DNA of 64,000 nucleotides from a virus: UHGV virus genome UHGV-1455077; one strand, written 5' to 3'. The position numbers were made by a program, and so were the translations under genes. How positions within the stretch are numbered: the first letter of the stretch is position 1; each line of letters begins with the position of its first letter. Positions 31,151-41,168 of this stretch are shown here, in pieces. Under the pieces are notes generated by a model, which was not told the DNA's origin, searched no databases, and saw only the letters and a list, made by a program, of their open reading frames with translations.

Positions 31151-32248
31151 ATGAAACCTATTGATTTAACTAAATTTCAAAAAACAATTACAAAAAGTTT
31201 AGATACCATTTCTGTTGGTTTTACAAATCCAAAAGTTTGGATTCATACTGGTAATTACGCTTTAAATTATCGTATTTCAGGAGATTTCTTTAAAGGATTT
31301 CCGTTAGAAGGTAAAATGACACTATTAGCTGGTGATTCAGGTACTGGAAAATCATTTTTAGCTTCTGGTAATGTTGTTAAATGGTGTCAAGATAATGGTG
31401 TATTGCCAATTATTATTGATACTGAAAATGCATTAGACGAAGAATGGATGAAAAATTTTGGAATTGACCCTCACGGTTATGTAATGAAAATATCTGCGGC
31501 AATGCTTGATGATATTGCAAAAATTATGTCTGAATTCTTATCATCTTATAAGTCTGAATATGGAGATAAAGACTTTGATGACAGACCAAAAGTTTTGTTT
31601 ATTATAGATAGTCTTGGTATGGCAATAACAACAACAGAAGAAGACCAATTTAATAAAGGTGATATGAAGGGCGACCTTGGTCGTAAGCAAAAACAAATTT
31701 ACTCAATTTGCAGAAACTTCATATCTAGTTGTGCGAATGAACCTATTGGTTTGCTTTGTACACAACACACTTATGCATCTCAAGATATGTTCAATCCAGA
31801 TGCAGTTATTGCGGGTGGAAAAGGATTAGAATTTACTCCATCAGTAATTATCGCAATGACAAAAAGAAAACTTAAAGAAGATGAAAATGGTACAAAAACT
31901 AAAGATGTTAAAGGTATAAAGGTATCAGCAATGGTACGTAAAACCAGATATACACAGCCATTTCAGCAAGTTGATTTTACAATTCCTTGGGATACTGGTA
32001 TGAATCCTTATTCAGGTTTATTTGAATTATTTGCTGAACAATTAATGTGCAATGGTAAATTTGTTCTTTCAAAAGAAGGTTCTTGGGTTGCATATTATTC
32101 ACTTTTAACAGGTGAACAAATTTTCAAAAAATATCGTAAAGATATTACAAATGAAGATTATGATATGATTATGAAAGATTATGTTAATTTTCAAAATAAT
32201 AAATTTGATTTAAAACCTGTTGAAAAAAATCCATTAGAATTTGAATAA
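31151..32248 (+). CDS. RecA-superfamily ATPase, putative recombinase (UvsX/Sak4-like)
   Basis: Walker A LLAGDSGTGKSFLA and Walker B-like LFIIDSLG are present. It is 365 aa. Confidence 0.45.
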   Translation: MKPIDLTKFQKTITKSLDTISVGFTNPKVWIHTGNYALNYRISGDFFKGFPLEGKMTLLAGDSGTGKSFLASGNVVKWCQDNGVLPIIIDTENALDEEWMKNFGIDPHGYVMKISAAMLDDIAKIMSEFLSSYKSEYGDKDFDDRPKVLFIIDSLGMAITTTEEDQFNKGDMKGDLGRKQKQIYSICRNFISSCANEPIGLLCTQHTYASQDMFNPDAVIAGGKGLEFTPSVIIAMTKRKLKEDENGTKTKDVKGIKVSAMVRKTRYTQPFQQVDFTIPWDTGMNPYSGLFELFAEQLMCNGKFVLSKEGSWVAYYSLLTGEQIFKKYRKDITNEDYDMIMKDYVNFQNNKFDLKPVEKNPLEFE

Positions 32249-32326
32249 AAAACTCTTGACAATTCTATTTTATATGATAAGTTAATATCCGTAAGTGGTT
32301 ATTAACTTATTTTTTAGGAGAAAATA

Positions 32327-32548
32327 ATGACAGTTAGTATTTTTTGTATTTTAATTGTTTTGGGTATTGTATGTTGTTCATATCTAAAATATAAAAGTTG
32401 GGTTTCTCACGAAGATTTCCGTGAAAAACTTAAAAATGATAAGGGTTTTATGAAATTGTATGAAGAATACAAAAATTTTGTAGAACAGAATCCTGATTTT
32501 AATAAACATAAAACTGAAATTGAAAACTTTATGAAAGGAAAAAATTAA
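32327..32548 (+). CDS. small membrane protein
   Basis: 73 aa with an N-terminal TM helix. Confidence 0.4.
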   Translation: MTVSIFCILIVLGIVCCSYLKYKSWVSHEDFREKLKNDKGFMKLYEEYKNFVEQNPDFNKHKTEIENFMKGKN

Positions 32549-33702
32549 TGATTAAACAATTTGTGGGTATTTTTGGTCTTATTGCTGTTGTCGTATTGGT
32601 TTGGCTATCTGGCTCGTTGTTTGAAACAAATAAATTTGGTAATTATCAGATTAAACAAGCCGCAATGACTGGTACAATTTCTGTAAGAAATGAACCTGGT
32701 TTCTATTGGCAGGGTGGTGGTTCAATTGTAACGTATCCTGTATCAGAAGATGTTAATTTTGAAACAGAAAATTTGAAAGTAAGATTTAATGATGGTTCAG
32801 TTGCAAGTGTAGTTGGTACTGTAAAATTTAAGTTGCCAACTGACCCTGAAAAGCAGAAAGAATTGCATAGAGATTATGGAAATTATGATAATGTTGAAAA
32901 GAACTTGATTGTTCGTAATGTTAGTGAAGCTTTGTCTAATACTGCAACTTATATGGTAGCTGAAGATTCTTATGCATCAGGACGTGCTGTATTCTCTGAT
33001 TTGGCAATGCAACAGTTGAAAGATGGTATTTTTAAGACATCAACTAAAACTGTTGAAGTAATTGATACTGATGGAACTAAATTTAAAAAGAAAGAAATTA
33101 GAGTAGTTTATGATGAAAATGGTAATCCTGTAATTCAGAAACCTTCTTTGCTTAAACATTATGGTATTGAAATCTTGCAGTTTGTTGTAAATGACTTTGA
33201 ATATGATGAAAAAATTAAGGATTTGATTGCTCGTAAAAAAGATGCTGAACAGAATAAAGTTGTAGCTATGGCAAATGCTGAAAAAGCAAAGCAGGATGCT
33301 ATTACTGCCGAAGAACAAGGTAAAGCTCGTGTAGCAGAAGCTCGTGCTAATGCAGAAGTTGAAAAAATTACTGCGGTAGTTGAAGCCCAGAAGAAAGCAG
33401 AAGTTGCAGAATTGGAAGCAAAACAGGCAAAATTTGAAGCCCAGAAAATTGCTGAAAAGGGTAAGGCTGAAGCAGAAGTTGCACGGCAGAAGGTTGCCGC
33501 TGGTTTGACACCATTGGAAAAAGCAACTCTTGAAAAAGAAACAGCTATTGGTGTAGCACAGCAGTTGGCTAATGTTAAATTCCCAGACACTATGGTTATT
33601 AGTGGTGGTTCAGATGGAAAAGCTAATCCTTGGGATGCTGTTGGTTTGAATCAGATGATGGAAATTACAGCAAAAATTAAAAACGCTAAAATGATTCAGT
33701 AA
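32548..33702 (+). CDS. SPFH/band-7 (flotillin/HflK-like) membrane protein
   Basis: An N-terminal TM helix and an SPFH-like core are followed by a long Ala/Glu/Lys-rich coiled coil (AEARANAEVEKITAVVEAQKKAEVAELEAKQAKFEAQKIAEKGKAEAEVARQKVAAG). Local GC is noticeably higher than in the neighbours. Confidence 0.6.
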   Translation: MIKQFVGIFGLIAVVVLVWLSGSLFETNKFGNYQIKQAAMTGTISVRNEPGFYWQGGGSIVTYPVSEDVNFETENLKVRFNDGSVASVVGTVKFKLPTDPEKQKELHRDYGNYDNVEKNLIVRNVSEALSNTATYMVAEDSYASGRAVFSDLAMQQLKDGIFKTSTKTVEVIDTDGTKFKKKEIRVVYDENGNPVIQKPSLLKHYGIEILQFVVNDFEYDEKIKDLIARKKDAEQNKVVAMANAEKAKQDAITAEEQGKARVAEARANAEVEKITAVVEAQKKAEVAELEAKQAKFEAQKIAEKGKAEAEVARQKVAAGLTPLEKATLEKETAIGVAQQLANVKFPDTMVISGGSDGKANPWDAVGLNQMMEITAKIKNAKMIQ

Positions 33703-33704
33703 TA

Positions 33705-33730
33705 AAAAGGTGGGAAAACCCACCTTTTTT
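33705..33730 (+). terminator. rho-independent terminator
   Basis: GGTGGG aaaa CCCACC followed by TTTTTT. Confidence 0.75.
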
Positions 33731-33808
33731 ACAAATAAAATTTTAATATTTGATTTTAAGATAATAAAATGATAAATTCTTTATGTAAAAAATATTAGGA
33801 GATTTTTA

Positions 33809-34045
33809 ATGACTGATGAAGATATTTACTACATATGGAATATATTAAAAGAATTTATTCAATCTAAAGATAGAGAAGAAGCATCATTGGCAATGCTAGA
33901 ATACGTTTATAATAATGATGGTTGCGTTGCTTCAATTAGAGATGCCGCTCAAGAAGAAGATGATGAATTTATAGTTAATTTAATTGATAAACATCAAGAA
34001 GATTTATTAGATGCTTATGATGATGGATATGAGGAAGATTGGTAA
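33809..34045 (+). CDS. small acidic protein
   Basis: 78 aa ORF with a GGAG SD. Confidence 0.4.
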   Translation: MTDEDIYYIWNILKEFIQSKDREEASLAMLEYVYNNDGCVASIRDAAQEEDDEFIVNLIDKHQEDLLDAYDDGYEEDW

Positions 34046-34500
34046 TGCAATATTTTCAATTTATTAAAAAAGATGAAACAAAATTAGAAGAAGTTTTAAA
34101 TTATTTTAATGATGAATATGAATTAGCCCGTGAAGAAATTAAAATTAAAGGAAGATTAAATAAATGTATTGCAGAATTACCTTCCTTATTTGAAATTAGA
34201 TTTTCTCAATTACAAGAATTAGAAGCAATTTTAGCTTATTTTAATAATAAATTAAATGGATTAAGAGGTTCAATTTATAGACAATTACAAGAACATTCAA
34301 AAAGACAGTTAAATTCAACTGATATTAAACAATATGTTGATAGTGATGAAAAAGTTCTTGCAATGCAAACAATTATTAATGAAATTGCATTAGTTAGAAA
34401 TAAATTTATTTCATTGTCAAAAGGATTTGAAACTAAAAATTGGCAGTTAAGTAATTTAACAAAATTACAATGTGCAGGCTTAGATGATATTCAAATTTAA
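34039..34500 (+). CDS. hypothetical protein
   Basis: 153 aa ORF. Confidence 0.4.
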   Translation: MVMQYFQFIKKDETKLEEVLNYFNDEYELAREEIKIKGRLNKCIAELPSLFEIRFSQLQELEAILAYFNNKLNGLRGSIYRQLQEHSKRQLNSTDIKQYVDSDEKVLAMQTIINEIALVRNKFISLSKGFETKNWQLSNLTKLQCAGLDDIQI

Positions 34501-34518
34501 CTAATTTTGTGAGGAATA

Positions 34519-34929
34519 ATGAAAGTTTATACAACTGTTAAAACACATCAAAATTTTAGTAATATTGGTGTTGTTTTGTTAAGTGATAAAAATGACATAT
34601 ATATGATGAATAATTTTCAAGTTTCTGAAAAAGATAATGTCAAATCTCATATTTATGGAATTAAAAGAGCATTGAGTTTTGTTAAAAATATGAAGCTTTT
34701 ATATGCCAAAAATGATATGGAAATATTAATTCCAGAAGACATTGAATTAAAAAAATTTCAAGAAAGTATTGCAAATGATGAATATATTGTAATGGTTTCA
34801 AAACAATTAGATATTAATGTAGTATCAAAAGAAAATTTATTGCCTAATGATGATTACTTTAAAATGATTGCAAAACATCAATTAAAAAATATTATAAATC
34901 CTATTTTTAATATTAAAGAACGAGAGTAA
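34519..34929 (+). CDS. hypothetical protein
   Basis: 136 aa ORF with a GAGGAATAATG SD. Confidence 0.4.
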   Translation: MKVYTTVKTHQNFSNIGVVLLSDKNDIYMMNNFQVSEKDNVKSHIYGIKRALSFVKNMKLLYAKNDMEILIPEDIELKKFQESIANDEYIVMVSKQLDINVVSKENLLPNDDYFKMIAKHQLKNIINPIFNIKERE

Positions 34930-34950
34930 ATAATTAAAAAGGATATTTTT

Positions 34951-35187
34951 ATGAATAAAGAACAAGCATATTTAAGTATTATTAATGCAACTATTCGAAC
35001 ATTGAATGAATGTATTCAAAGAATAGATTCTCACGTCAGAAATTATTCTCAAACTCATCCAGTTTCTTCTAAAGAAAGTGATGAACATATGAATTATGTT
35101 GAAAATGTTATTAAAGTTTTAACTCGTATTGCTAAAGTTGTTAGTTCAAGAGCAAATACTGTATATAAAGCAGGAAAATATGATTAG
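34951..35187 (+). CDS. small hypothetical protein
   Basis: 78 aa ORF. Confidence 0.4.
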   Translation: MNKEQAYLSIINATIRTLNECIQRIDSHVRNYSQTHPVSSKESDEHMNYVENVIKVLTRIAKVVSSRANTVYKAGKYD

Positions 35188-35253
35188 ACTTAATAAATAT
35201 TTAAAGATAATGAAATAAATTGTTATCTGTATAATTTATTTAAGGAGAAATTT

Positions 35254-35985
35254 ATGGGAAGACCTCTTGCTGGTTTTGGATTTTTTAATGCCGAAAAAAG
35301 ATTTGATGCTGAAGCAGAAAACTTTGAAAAAGTTAAAATTCACGCATTTTTAGAACAAGATGCTGAACCTGCTGTATGGGTAAAAAATACTCAATATGAA
35401 GTTGGTGATAAAGTTAAAAATGGTTCAAAATATTATATTTGCACAACAGCTAATTCACAAGCAACATTTAAAGCAAAAGAAACTGCTCCTGCCGCTTGGG
35501 TTGCCGCAACTGCATATAATGTTGGTGATAAAGTAACAAATAGTGGTTTATATTATATTTGTAAAACTGCTCATACTTCAAGTGATGACTTTGCAACTGA
35601 TTCAGCAAATTGGGATTCATACACATTAATTACCTACTGGACAGAATATACTTTAGGTGGTGGTGCAATTGAAGATGCAAAAATTATTAAACAAACAGGA
35701 TATAACAAATATTTAGTATCTGCTTCTGCTGATGTAAATCGTCAAGGTATTGTTATGTTAGTTGATAAAACTGATGCAACTGTTGCTGGAACTGCTTATA
35801 TTTCAGTAACTAAGTTAGCTGATTCATCAACTAAATATGCAAGTAAAATCGTTCGTAATGTTATTGAAACATTTGATGGTGAAGTTTTAACTTATCAATA
35901 TGATTTAACCGAAGAAGATGGCGAATTTTCAGGTGCATTTAATAAAGATAAAACAGTTGTTGAATGTTATCCAGAAGTATTTTAA
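35254..35985 (+). CDS. Structural protein with two tandem CBM5/12-like (chitin-binding-type) carbohydrate-binding motifs
   Basis: The two repeats are AVWVKNTQYEVGDKVKNGSKYYICTTANSQ and AAWVAATAYNVGDKVTNSGLYYICKTAHTSS. Both fit the W..aYttG..V.y.G..Y.C pattern. Confidence 0.5.
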   Translation: MGRPLAGFGFFNAEKRFDAEAENFEKVKIHAFLEQDAEPAVWVKNTQYEVGDKVKNGSKYYICTTANSQATFKAKETAPAAWVAATAYNVGDKVTNSGLYYICKTAHTSSDDFATDSANWDSYTLITYWTEYTLGGGAIEDAKIIKQTGYNKYLVSASADVNRQGIVMLVDKTDATVAGTAYISVTKLADSSTKYASKIVRNVIETFDGEVLTYQYDLTEEDGEFSGAFNKDKTVVECYPEVF

Positions 35986-36060
35986 TTAATATTTGACATT
36001 TAATCTAATTAAACCTATCATTAATTTGATAGGTTTAATTTTTAATATAAGGAAAAAATA

Positions 36061-36564
36061 ATGACAGTTAGAGTTGGTAAATTTGAAAAAATTAGTTTAG
36101 AACAATGGCATAAAGATTTTGACAACGATTCATCTAAAATTGTTGATAAAATGTTAAATGAAATTATTAAAATTCCAACCAGAGCTACAAAAGGGTCGGC
36201 AGGTTATGATATTGTTACACCATTTGATATAGATTTGCAACCAGGTGAATCAAGAAAAATCCCGACAGGATTAAAATGTCAAGTAGATAATGGTTGGTTT
36301 CTTGGTATTTTTCCAAAATCTGGTCTTGGTTTTAAATATTCGTTAAGATTAGGTAATTCAGTTGGTATTATTGATGAAGATTATCATAATAATGAAAACA
36401 ATGAAGGTCATATTTGGGTTAAAATTCAAAATGATGGATATAAAGAAGTTCATATAGATGCTGGTAAGGCATTTTGTCAAGGTATTTTTTTGCCATATGG
36501 TATTACTTATGATGATAAAACAGAAGGTGTTAGACAAGGCGGATTAGGTTCTACTAATTCATAA
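36061..36564 (+). CDS. dut: dUTP diphosphatase (dUTPase)
   Basis: The conserved dUTPase motifs are present: ATKGSAGYDI, PGESRKIPTGL, GIFPKSG, LGNSVGIIDEDY and RQGGLGSTN. Confidence 0.85.
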   Translation: MTVRVGKFEKISLEQWHKDFDNDSSKIVDKMLNEIIKIPTRATKGSAGYDIVTPFDIDLQPGESRKIPTGLKCQVDNGWFLGIFPKSGLGFKYSLRLGNSVGIIDEDYHNNENNEGHIWVKIQNDGYKEVHIDAGKAFCQGIFLPYGITYDDKTEGVRQGGLGSTNS

Positions 36565-36591
36565 AAAGAGGGTTTAATAACCCTCTTTTTT
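36564..36591. terminator. bidirectional terminator
   Basis: AGAGGGTT taat AACCCTCT followed by TTTTT. Confidence 0.7.
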
Positions 36592-36991
36592 AATATCCAC
36601 AAGTGTACCATCTTCTTATATTTAAACCGTTACCAGAATAGAAATGAATTACAAATGAAGAATTAGTTACACTTACTATTGTTGCAGGAATATGCCAACC
36701 TGTAACAGTTTGTGACCAAGCACCATTAAATCCAGTTGTTTGAGTTATAAAATAATCAGAATTTGTATAAGGTTTGTGTAATTGAATTGTAATTTCAGAA
36801 TCAACTGCATTATAAGATTGTCCACCTTGTTCAATCCAGCCATCTGACCAAACACGATACCATTCAGTTCCTTCATTCCAAGTTTCAATGATATATTTTC
36901 TATTTTCTAAATTAATTAATCGGTTATTTATTTCATCTAATTTTGAAATTAATTCATCTACTCGTGATATAGGTAATTTACTTGTATCCAT
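36590..36991 (-). CDS. Paralog family member 3 (N-terminus identical to 18883)
   Basis: MDTSKLPISRVDELISKLDEINNRLINLEN...WYRVWSDGWIEQGG. The first ~170 nt of the gene are nearly identical to 19110-19284 at the DNA level. Confidence 0.55.
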   Translation of the reverse strand: MDTSKLPISRVDELISKLDEINNRLINLENRKYIIETWNEGTEWYRVWSDGWIEQGGQSYNAVDSEITIQLHKPYTNSDYFITQTTGFNGAWSQTVTGWHIPATIVSVTNSSFVIHFYSGNGLNIRRWYTCGY

Positions 36992-37035
36992 TTGAATTAT
37001 CCCCTTTGTCTGTATTTATTAAATACAGACAAACT
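36820..37035. repeat. ~215-bp direct repeat copy B
   Basis: See copy A. The copies are 17.7 kb apart, in the same orientation, and flank the fibre/structural block. Confidence 0.7.
37008..37030. promoter_or_regulatory. palindrome upstream of paralog 3 (same site as 19291)
   Basis: GTCTGTATTTATTAAATACAGAC. Confidence 0.5.
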
Positions 37036-37090
37036 TTATAAAGAAAAAATTATACAATAAATATTATTATATTGATAGGAGAATATACTA

Positions 37091-37609
37091 ATGTTTAATG
37101 AAATAGTTACTCAATATGGTTCATCTGAACCTATTAAATCCTCTGTAACAACTTCTGAAAGTTCGGATAAAAAAATTGTTATTTCTTTTCCTTTATTGAT
37201 GAGAATTATGGAGTGGTGTCACGAAGATGCTAAAGATGATGTTGAAATGCACAAAGTAATGGAAAAATTAATAGCATTTAATGATGGTATGAATCCATTA
37301 ACTATTGATGTTTATGATTGCTTAATTGCAGATGTATCAGAAAATAATTGTCAAGATATGGTAGAACCTATGCAAACAGGTTGTTTTTCTGAATATGATA
37401 TGACTGATGCCGTTAGTGCTGTAAAAAAATCATATGATGAAATGATACCTTTAGATACCAAATCTTTTTCTTGGGAAAAAGGTTTAGATGATAATTCTAC
37501 AACAATTACATTAAATGGTGATGAAGAATGTTCTTCTGAACAACCACAAGAAGTTGATGCAGAATTAGAAGAAGAAATTCAAAATTTAATTAATTTAAGT
37601 AAATTATAA
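37091..37609 (+). CDS. acidic hypothetical protein
   Basis: 172 aa ORF, strongly acidic (D/E-rich). Confidence 0.45.
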   Translation: MFNEIVTQYGSSEPIKSSVTTSESSDKKIVISFPLLMRIMEWCHEDAKDDVEMHKVMEKLIAFNDGMNPLTIDVYDCLIADVSENNCQDMVEPMQTGCFSEYDMTDAVSAVKKSYDEMIPLDTKSFSWEKGLDDNSTTITLNGDEECSSEQPQEVDAELEEEIQNLINLSKL

Positions 37610-37621
37610 TTAGGAATATTA

Positions 37622-40360
37622 ATGGCAATTAATTGGATAACACCTCAAGGAATATTAATAAATGATTATGAAGAAACACCTGTAAATAATTTATTCATAC
37701 AGGTTGAGCCAACTAATGCAATTATTGAAAAAATTGCTGGGGAATATCCAATGAATATGGATTTAAACTACGTTGAACCAGGAAAATATCAATTAGTCAG
37801 TTCAACAGGCAAATTACCAATTGTAAATGAAGAAACAAATTATTATTTCACATTAAGAGCATCTGTTGATGATGAATATTCTGACAGATGGTTTGGAATA
37901 ACAATTTTAAATAAAACAACCGATTGGAATATGCCTGAAACGGCATTTGAATATTCTGAAACATCATACGTTTCATTACAATTAAAATTATTAAATGCTC
38001 AAGGTAATGAAGAATTTTTTAAAATATCTGGTGAATTGCCACCAAATTTATTAATTAATAAAACTGGTTTAATTTATGGAATTGTAAATGAACAAGAAAA
38101 AGAAAAAACATTTTATTTTACAATTGGGGTTAGAAGAAATGATGAAGTTATTTTAACAAAAGATTTTAGTATAAAAGTTGTAAAATTATCTTCATTAAAT
38201 GAACCAATATGGATTACTGAAGCAGGTTTTTTAGGTGTATTAAATTATGATGAAGTTTCAACATTATTTGTAAAAGCATATGACCCTAATAATTTGCCAA
38301 TTACCTATACATTATCAACATCAGGAAATGATAATTTACCACCAGGTTTAACATTAGATACAAATACTGGAAAAATTAATGGTCGTTTGTCAACAAGATA
38401 TACTGATACTTGGAATTTTTCTGTTAATGTAAACAATGGAGAATATACAGTTTCCAGAGATTTTTATATTAATACAAATGTGATTTCTGAAAATAATAAA
38501 ATTGAATGGGTTTCTGAATCATTATTAGGAAATATTGCAATTGGTAATAACGTTTATATACAATTAGAAACTAATTCTAAAAAAACAGTTAATTATACTA
38601 TTGTAAGTGGTCAATTACCAGATGGATTAACATTTTCTTCAACTGGTTCAATAAACGGCGTATTATCATATCAAGATATTAAATCATATTCATTTATTGT
38701 TGAAGCATCAAATGGTTCAAATGTTATTCAAAAAGAATTTACTATTAATGTAGTTAAAGGCTTAGGTCAAAATGCATTAAAATGCTTTTATTATATTAAT
38801 AATGAATATATGGTTGAATATAATGAAATGAAAAATTCTTTTGATGTTGAAACAGCTTATCAACCATTAAATATTAAATATGATATTGCTACAAAACCTC
38901 GTATTGATATTTGTACTTTGAATTGTTTTGATAAAATTTTATTAAAACATTTATTAAACTTTAATACAACTGATACTTATCATTGGAAAAGAACAGTAAA
39001 ACAAAATTTTAATAATGAATATTCTGTATATTATAAAGAATTACAAGAAGATAATAGCGATTCTAATACATATCATATTGCTGGAAATAAAACATTTATT
39101 AAACCATCAGAAACTTCACCAACAGGTTGGGTTACAGAATATAATGATACACCAATTCAACCAAATGATACTTTAGGAAATGATTGGATTGATGGAAAAA
39201 CATATTATATTAACTCATTTAATGAAAAAATTTATATAGAATACTTAAATGATTCTATGTATTATGAAACTGAATCATTAAAAATTGTACCAAGTGGAAC
39301 ACCAATTTTTAAAGAACAAGTATTATTTCAAAATGAATTAATAGAATATCTTTATATATTAAAAGATGGTGTAAAATATTTTGTTACTAATGCGGCTGAT
39401 AATCAATTGTTAAATGTAGAAACACAAACTGTTTTAGCGGATACCCGTGAAAATATTGAACCATTAAAAGATGAAAAAACTCGTAGATGGTTCTTTATTC
39501 CAAATAGTTCATTAAGTATTGTACCAGCATCAGTATCTGGAATTCGAGATATATTGAATACTCAAATATTTGTTGAAAAAAATAATAATGAAAATGTTGT
39601 ATATGATGTTGCAACTCAAGTTATTATTGATGGAATTGATACAAGTAAGAAATTCATTATTAAATGGGATGAAAAAAGAAAAACATATTATACTGAATTT
39701 AATGGGGAAGAAGTATATTTAGATGTTTATGCAATTCTTGATACCGACCCAACAAAAACTCCAATTCAAGTTGAAGGTTTTATCAATGGAACAAATTATC
39801 AATTAGTTCGTGTATGGCAACAATTTAATAATACAGATGTTGATTATTTAAATTATTTAATATATGAAAAAGGAACTAATAAATTAGAAGAAAATATAAT
39901 TTTTGAATTAGATTGGAATCGTGGTAATGAGTTTGTGATTCAAAATGGTGTTGTTCATTTTATTAGTTACATAGATAATCCTTGGATGTATAAACCTGAA
40001 TTAAATGAATCTGTTGGTTATGGAGAAGAAATCGTATTACCTTATATTTTAGATTATGATGTAAGAGATATTGATAGTAAACCGTATATATATTTCTTTG
40101 ATAAAGCCAACGAGTCATTAATTGAATGGAAAGAAAGATATTTTCCAACTCTTGATTTATTTTATTCAAATCTTAATACAAATGTGGTATCATTATCTGA
40201 ATTAAATCAAAAAGAAAGAAAAGGTGAATATTGGACTGGTAAAAAATTTGTATTTTTTGAAGTAACATTTGAACCAATTTATAATAAAAATATTGACATA
40301 TTTGGGATTCAATTTTATAATCATAATCAACCTAATTCACCAGAATTTCAATTAATTTAG
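37622..40360 (+). CDS. Large structural protein with repeated putative Ig-like (dystroglycan/cadherin-type) domains; baseplate or fibre candidate
   Basis: It has three repeated ~90-aa modules, each ending in ...TGxINGxLS...F.V.(A/V).N.......F.I.V (near residues 140, 240 and 340). It is 912 aa. Confidence 0.55.
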   Translation: MAINWITPQGILINDYEETPVNNLFIQVEPTNAIIEKIAGEYPMNMDLNYVEPGKYQLVSSTGKLPIVNEETNYYFTLRASVDDEYSDRWFGITILNKTTDWNMPETAFEYSETSYVSLQLKLLNAQGNEEFFKISGELPPNLLINKTGLIYGIVNEQEKEKTFYFTIGVRRNDEVILTKDFSIKVVKLSSLNEPIWITEAGFLGVLNYDEVSTLFVKAYDPNNLPITYTLSTSGNDNLPPGLTLDTNTGKINGRLSTRYTDTWNFSVNVNNGEYTVSRDFYINTNVISENNKIEWVSESLLGNIAIGNNVYIQLETNSKKTVNYTIVSGQLPDGLTFSSTGSINGVLSYQDIKSYSFIVEASNGSNVIQKEFTINVVKGLGQNALKCFYYINNEYMVEYNEMKNSFDVETAYQPLNIKYDIATKPRIDICTLNCFDKILLKHLLNFNTTDTYHWKRTVKQNFNNEYSVYYKELQEDNSDSNTYHIAGNKTFIKPSETSPTGWVTEYNDTPIQPNDTLGNDWIDGKTYYINSFNEKIYIEYLNDSMYYETESLKIVPSGTPIFKEQVLFQNELIEYLYILKDGVKYFVTNAADNQLLNVETQTVLADTRENIEPLKDEKTRRWFFIPNSSLSIVPASVSGIRDILNTQIFVEKNNNENVVYDVATQVIIDGIDTSKKFIIKWDEKRKTYYTEFNGEEVYLDVYAILDTDPTKTPIQVEGFINGTNYQLVRVWQQFNNTDVDYLNYLIYEKGTNKLEENIIFELDWNRGNEFVIQNGVVHFISYIDNPWMYKPELNESVGYGEEIVLPYILDYDVRDIDSKPYIYFFDKANESLIEWKERYFPTLDLFYSNLNTNVVSLSELNQKERKGEYWTGKKFVFFEVTFEPIYNKNIDIFGIQFYNHNQPNSPEFQLI

Positions 40361-40369
40361 GAGAATGAA

Positions 40370-40642
40370 ATGCCTATGATTTTTTTTGAAGCTGATAAAT
40401 TGAAAGATTTATCAAACATTGACCTTATACATAAACAACAAGAAATAGAAGAAAAACTATCTAATATTAAAAAGAATTTAATTTCACCTGATATTTTAGC
40501 ATCTATGAATATGATGAATGAATATTATAATAATGAAATTGAAAGAAGAATTATTTCTGGTGATTTAGATATGGATGAAATTGAGGAAATTGAAGAAGAA
40601 AACTTTTTTAAGAATTTAAATAATGGAAAATCAAGTAATTAA
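40370..40642 (+). CDS. small acidic protein
   Basis: 90 aa ORF with a GGAGAATGAAATG SD. Confidence 0.4.
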   Translation: MPMIFFEADKLKDLSNIDLIHKQQEIEEKLSNIKKNLISPDILASMNMMNEYYNNEIERRIISGDLDMDEIEEIEEENFFKNLNNGKSSN

Positions 40643-41153
40643 TTTAGGAAATAGAATTATTGATACTGATGGTAATGTTGTCTATTGTATAGACGCATTG
40701 ATTGAATTATTATACAATGGAGAAATACCTTCGGAAATATTATTTCCATATAATAATGAGGATGTTTTATTATTTAATAAATTTTCATATGAAAACTTTG
40801 ATGATATTTTATATAAATTGCCTGAAAAATTATTAACAACAAAAGAAAGACAAAACGATTGGTTTTTTCCTGATTATTATAAAGAAATTAATTTAGAAGA
40901 TTATTTCTTAAATTTATGTCAAACGGATATTGAAAAACAAAGAGTTATTGAAGAAACAAAATTATATAATGAAAAAGGATTTGATAATTTTTTAAGATTT
41001 TGTATATTCTTTTCTGATAAAATTAAAGAAAATAATTGGGTAATTGGCGTTGGCAGAGGTTCATCTTGTGCATCATATCTATTGTATTTGCTAAAAATAC
41101 ATTTAGTTGATTCTATAAAATATAATTTAGATATTAAAGAATTTTTAAAATAA
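40623..41153 (+). CDS. hypothetical protein
   Basis: 176 aa ORF. Confidence 0.4.
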   Translation: MENQVINLGNRIIDTDGNVVYCIDALIELLYNGEIPSEILFPYNNEDVLLFNKFSYENFDDILYKLPEKLLTTKERQNDWFFPDYYKEINLEDYFLNLCQTDIEKQRVIEETKLYNEKGFDNFLRFCIFFSDKIKENNWVIGVGRGSSCASYLLYLLKIHLVDSIKYNLDIKEFLK

Positions 41154-41168
41154 TCAGGGAGAGAATAA

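Noticed and set aside
33040-33590. Two antisense ORFs (92 and 143 aa) within the SPFH gene
   Set aside because: They are produced by the Ala-rich GC-elevated coiled-coil region read in reverse. There is no start context.
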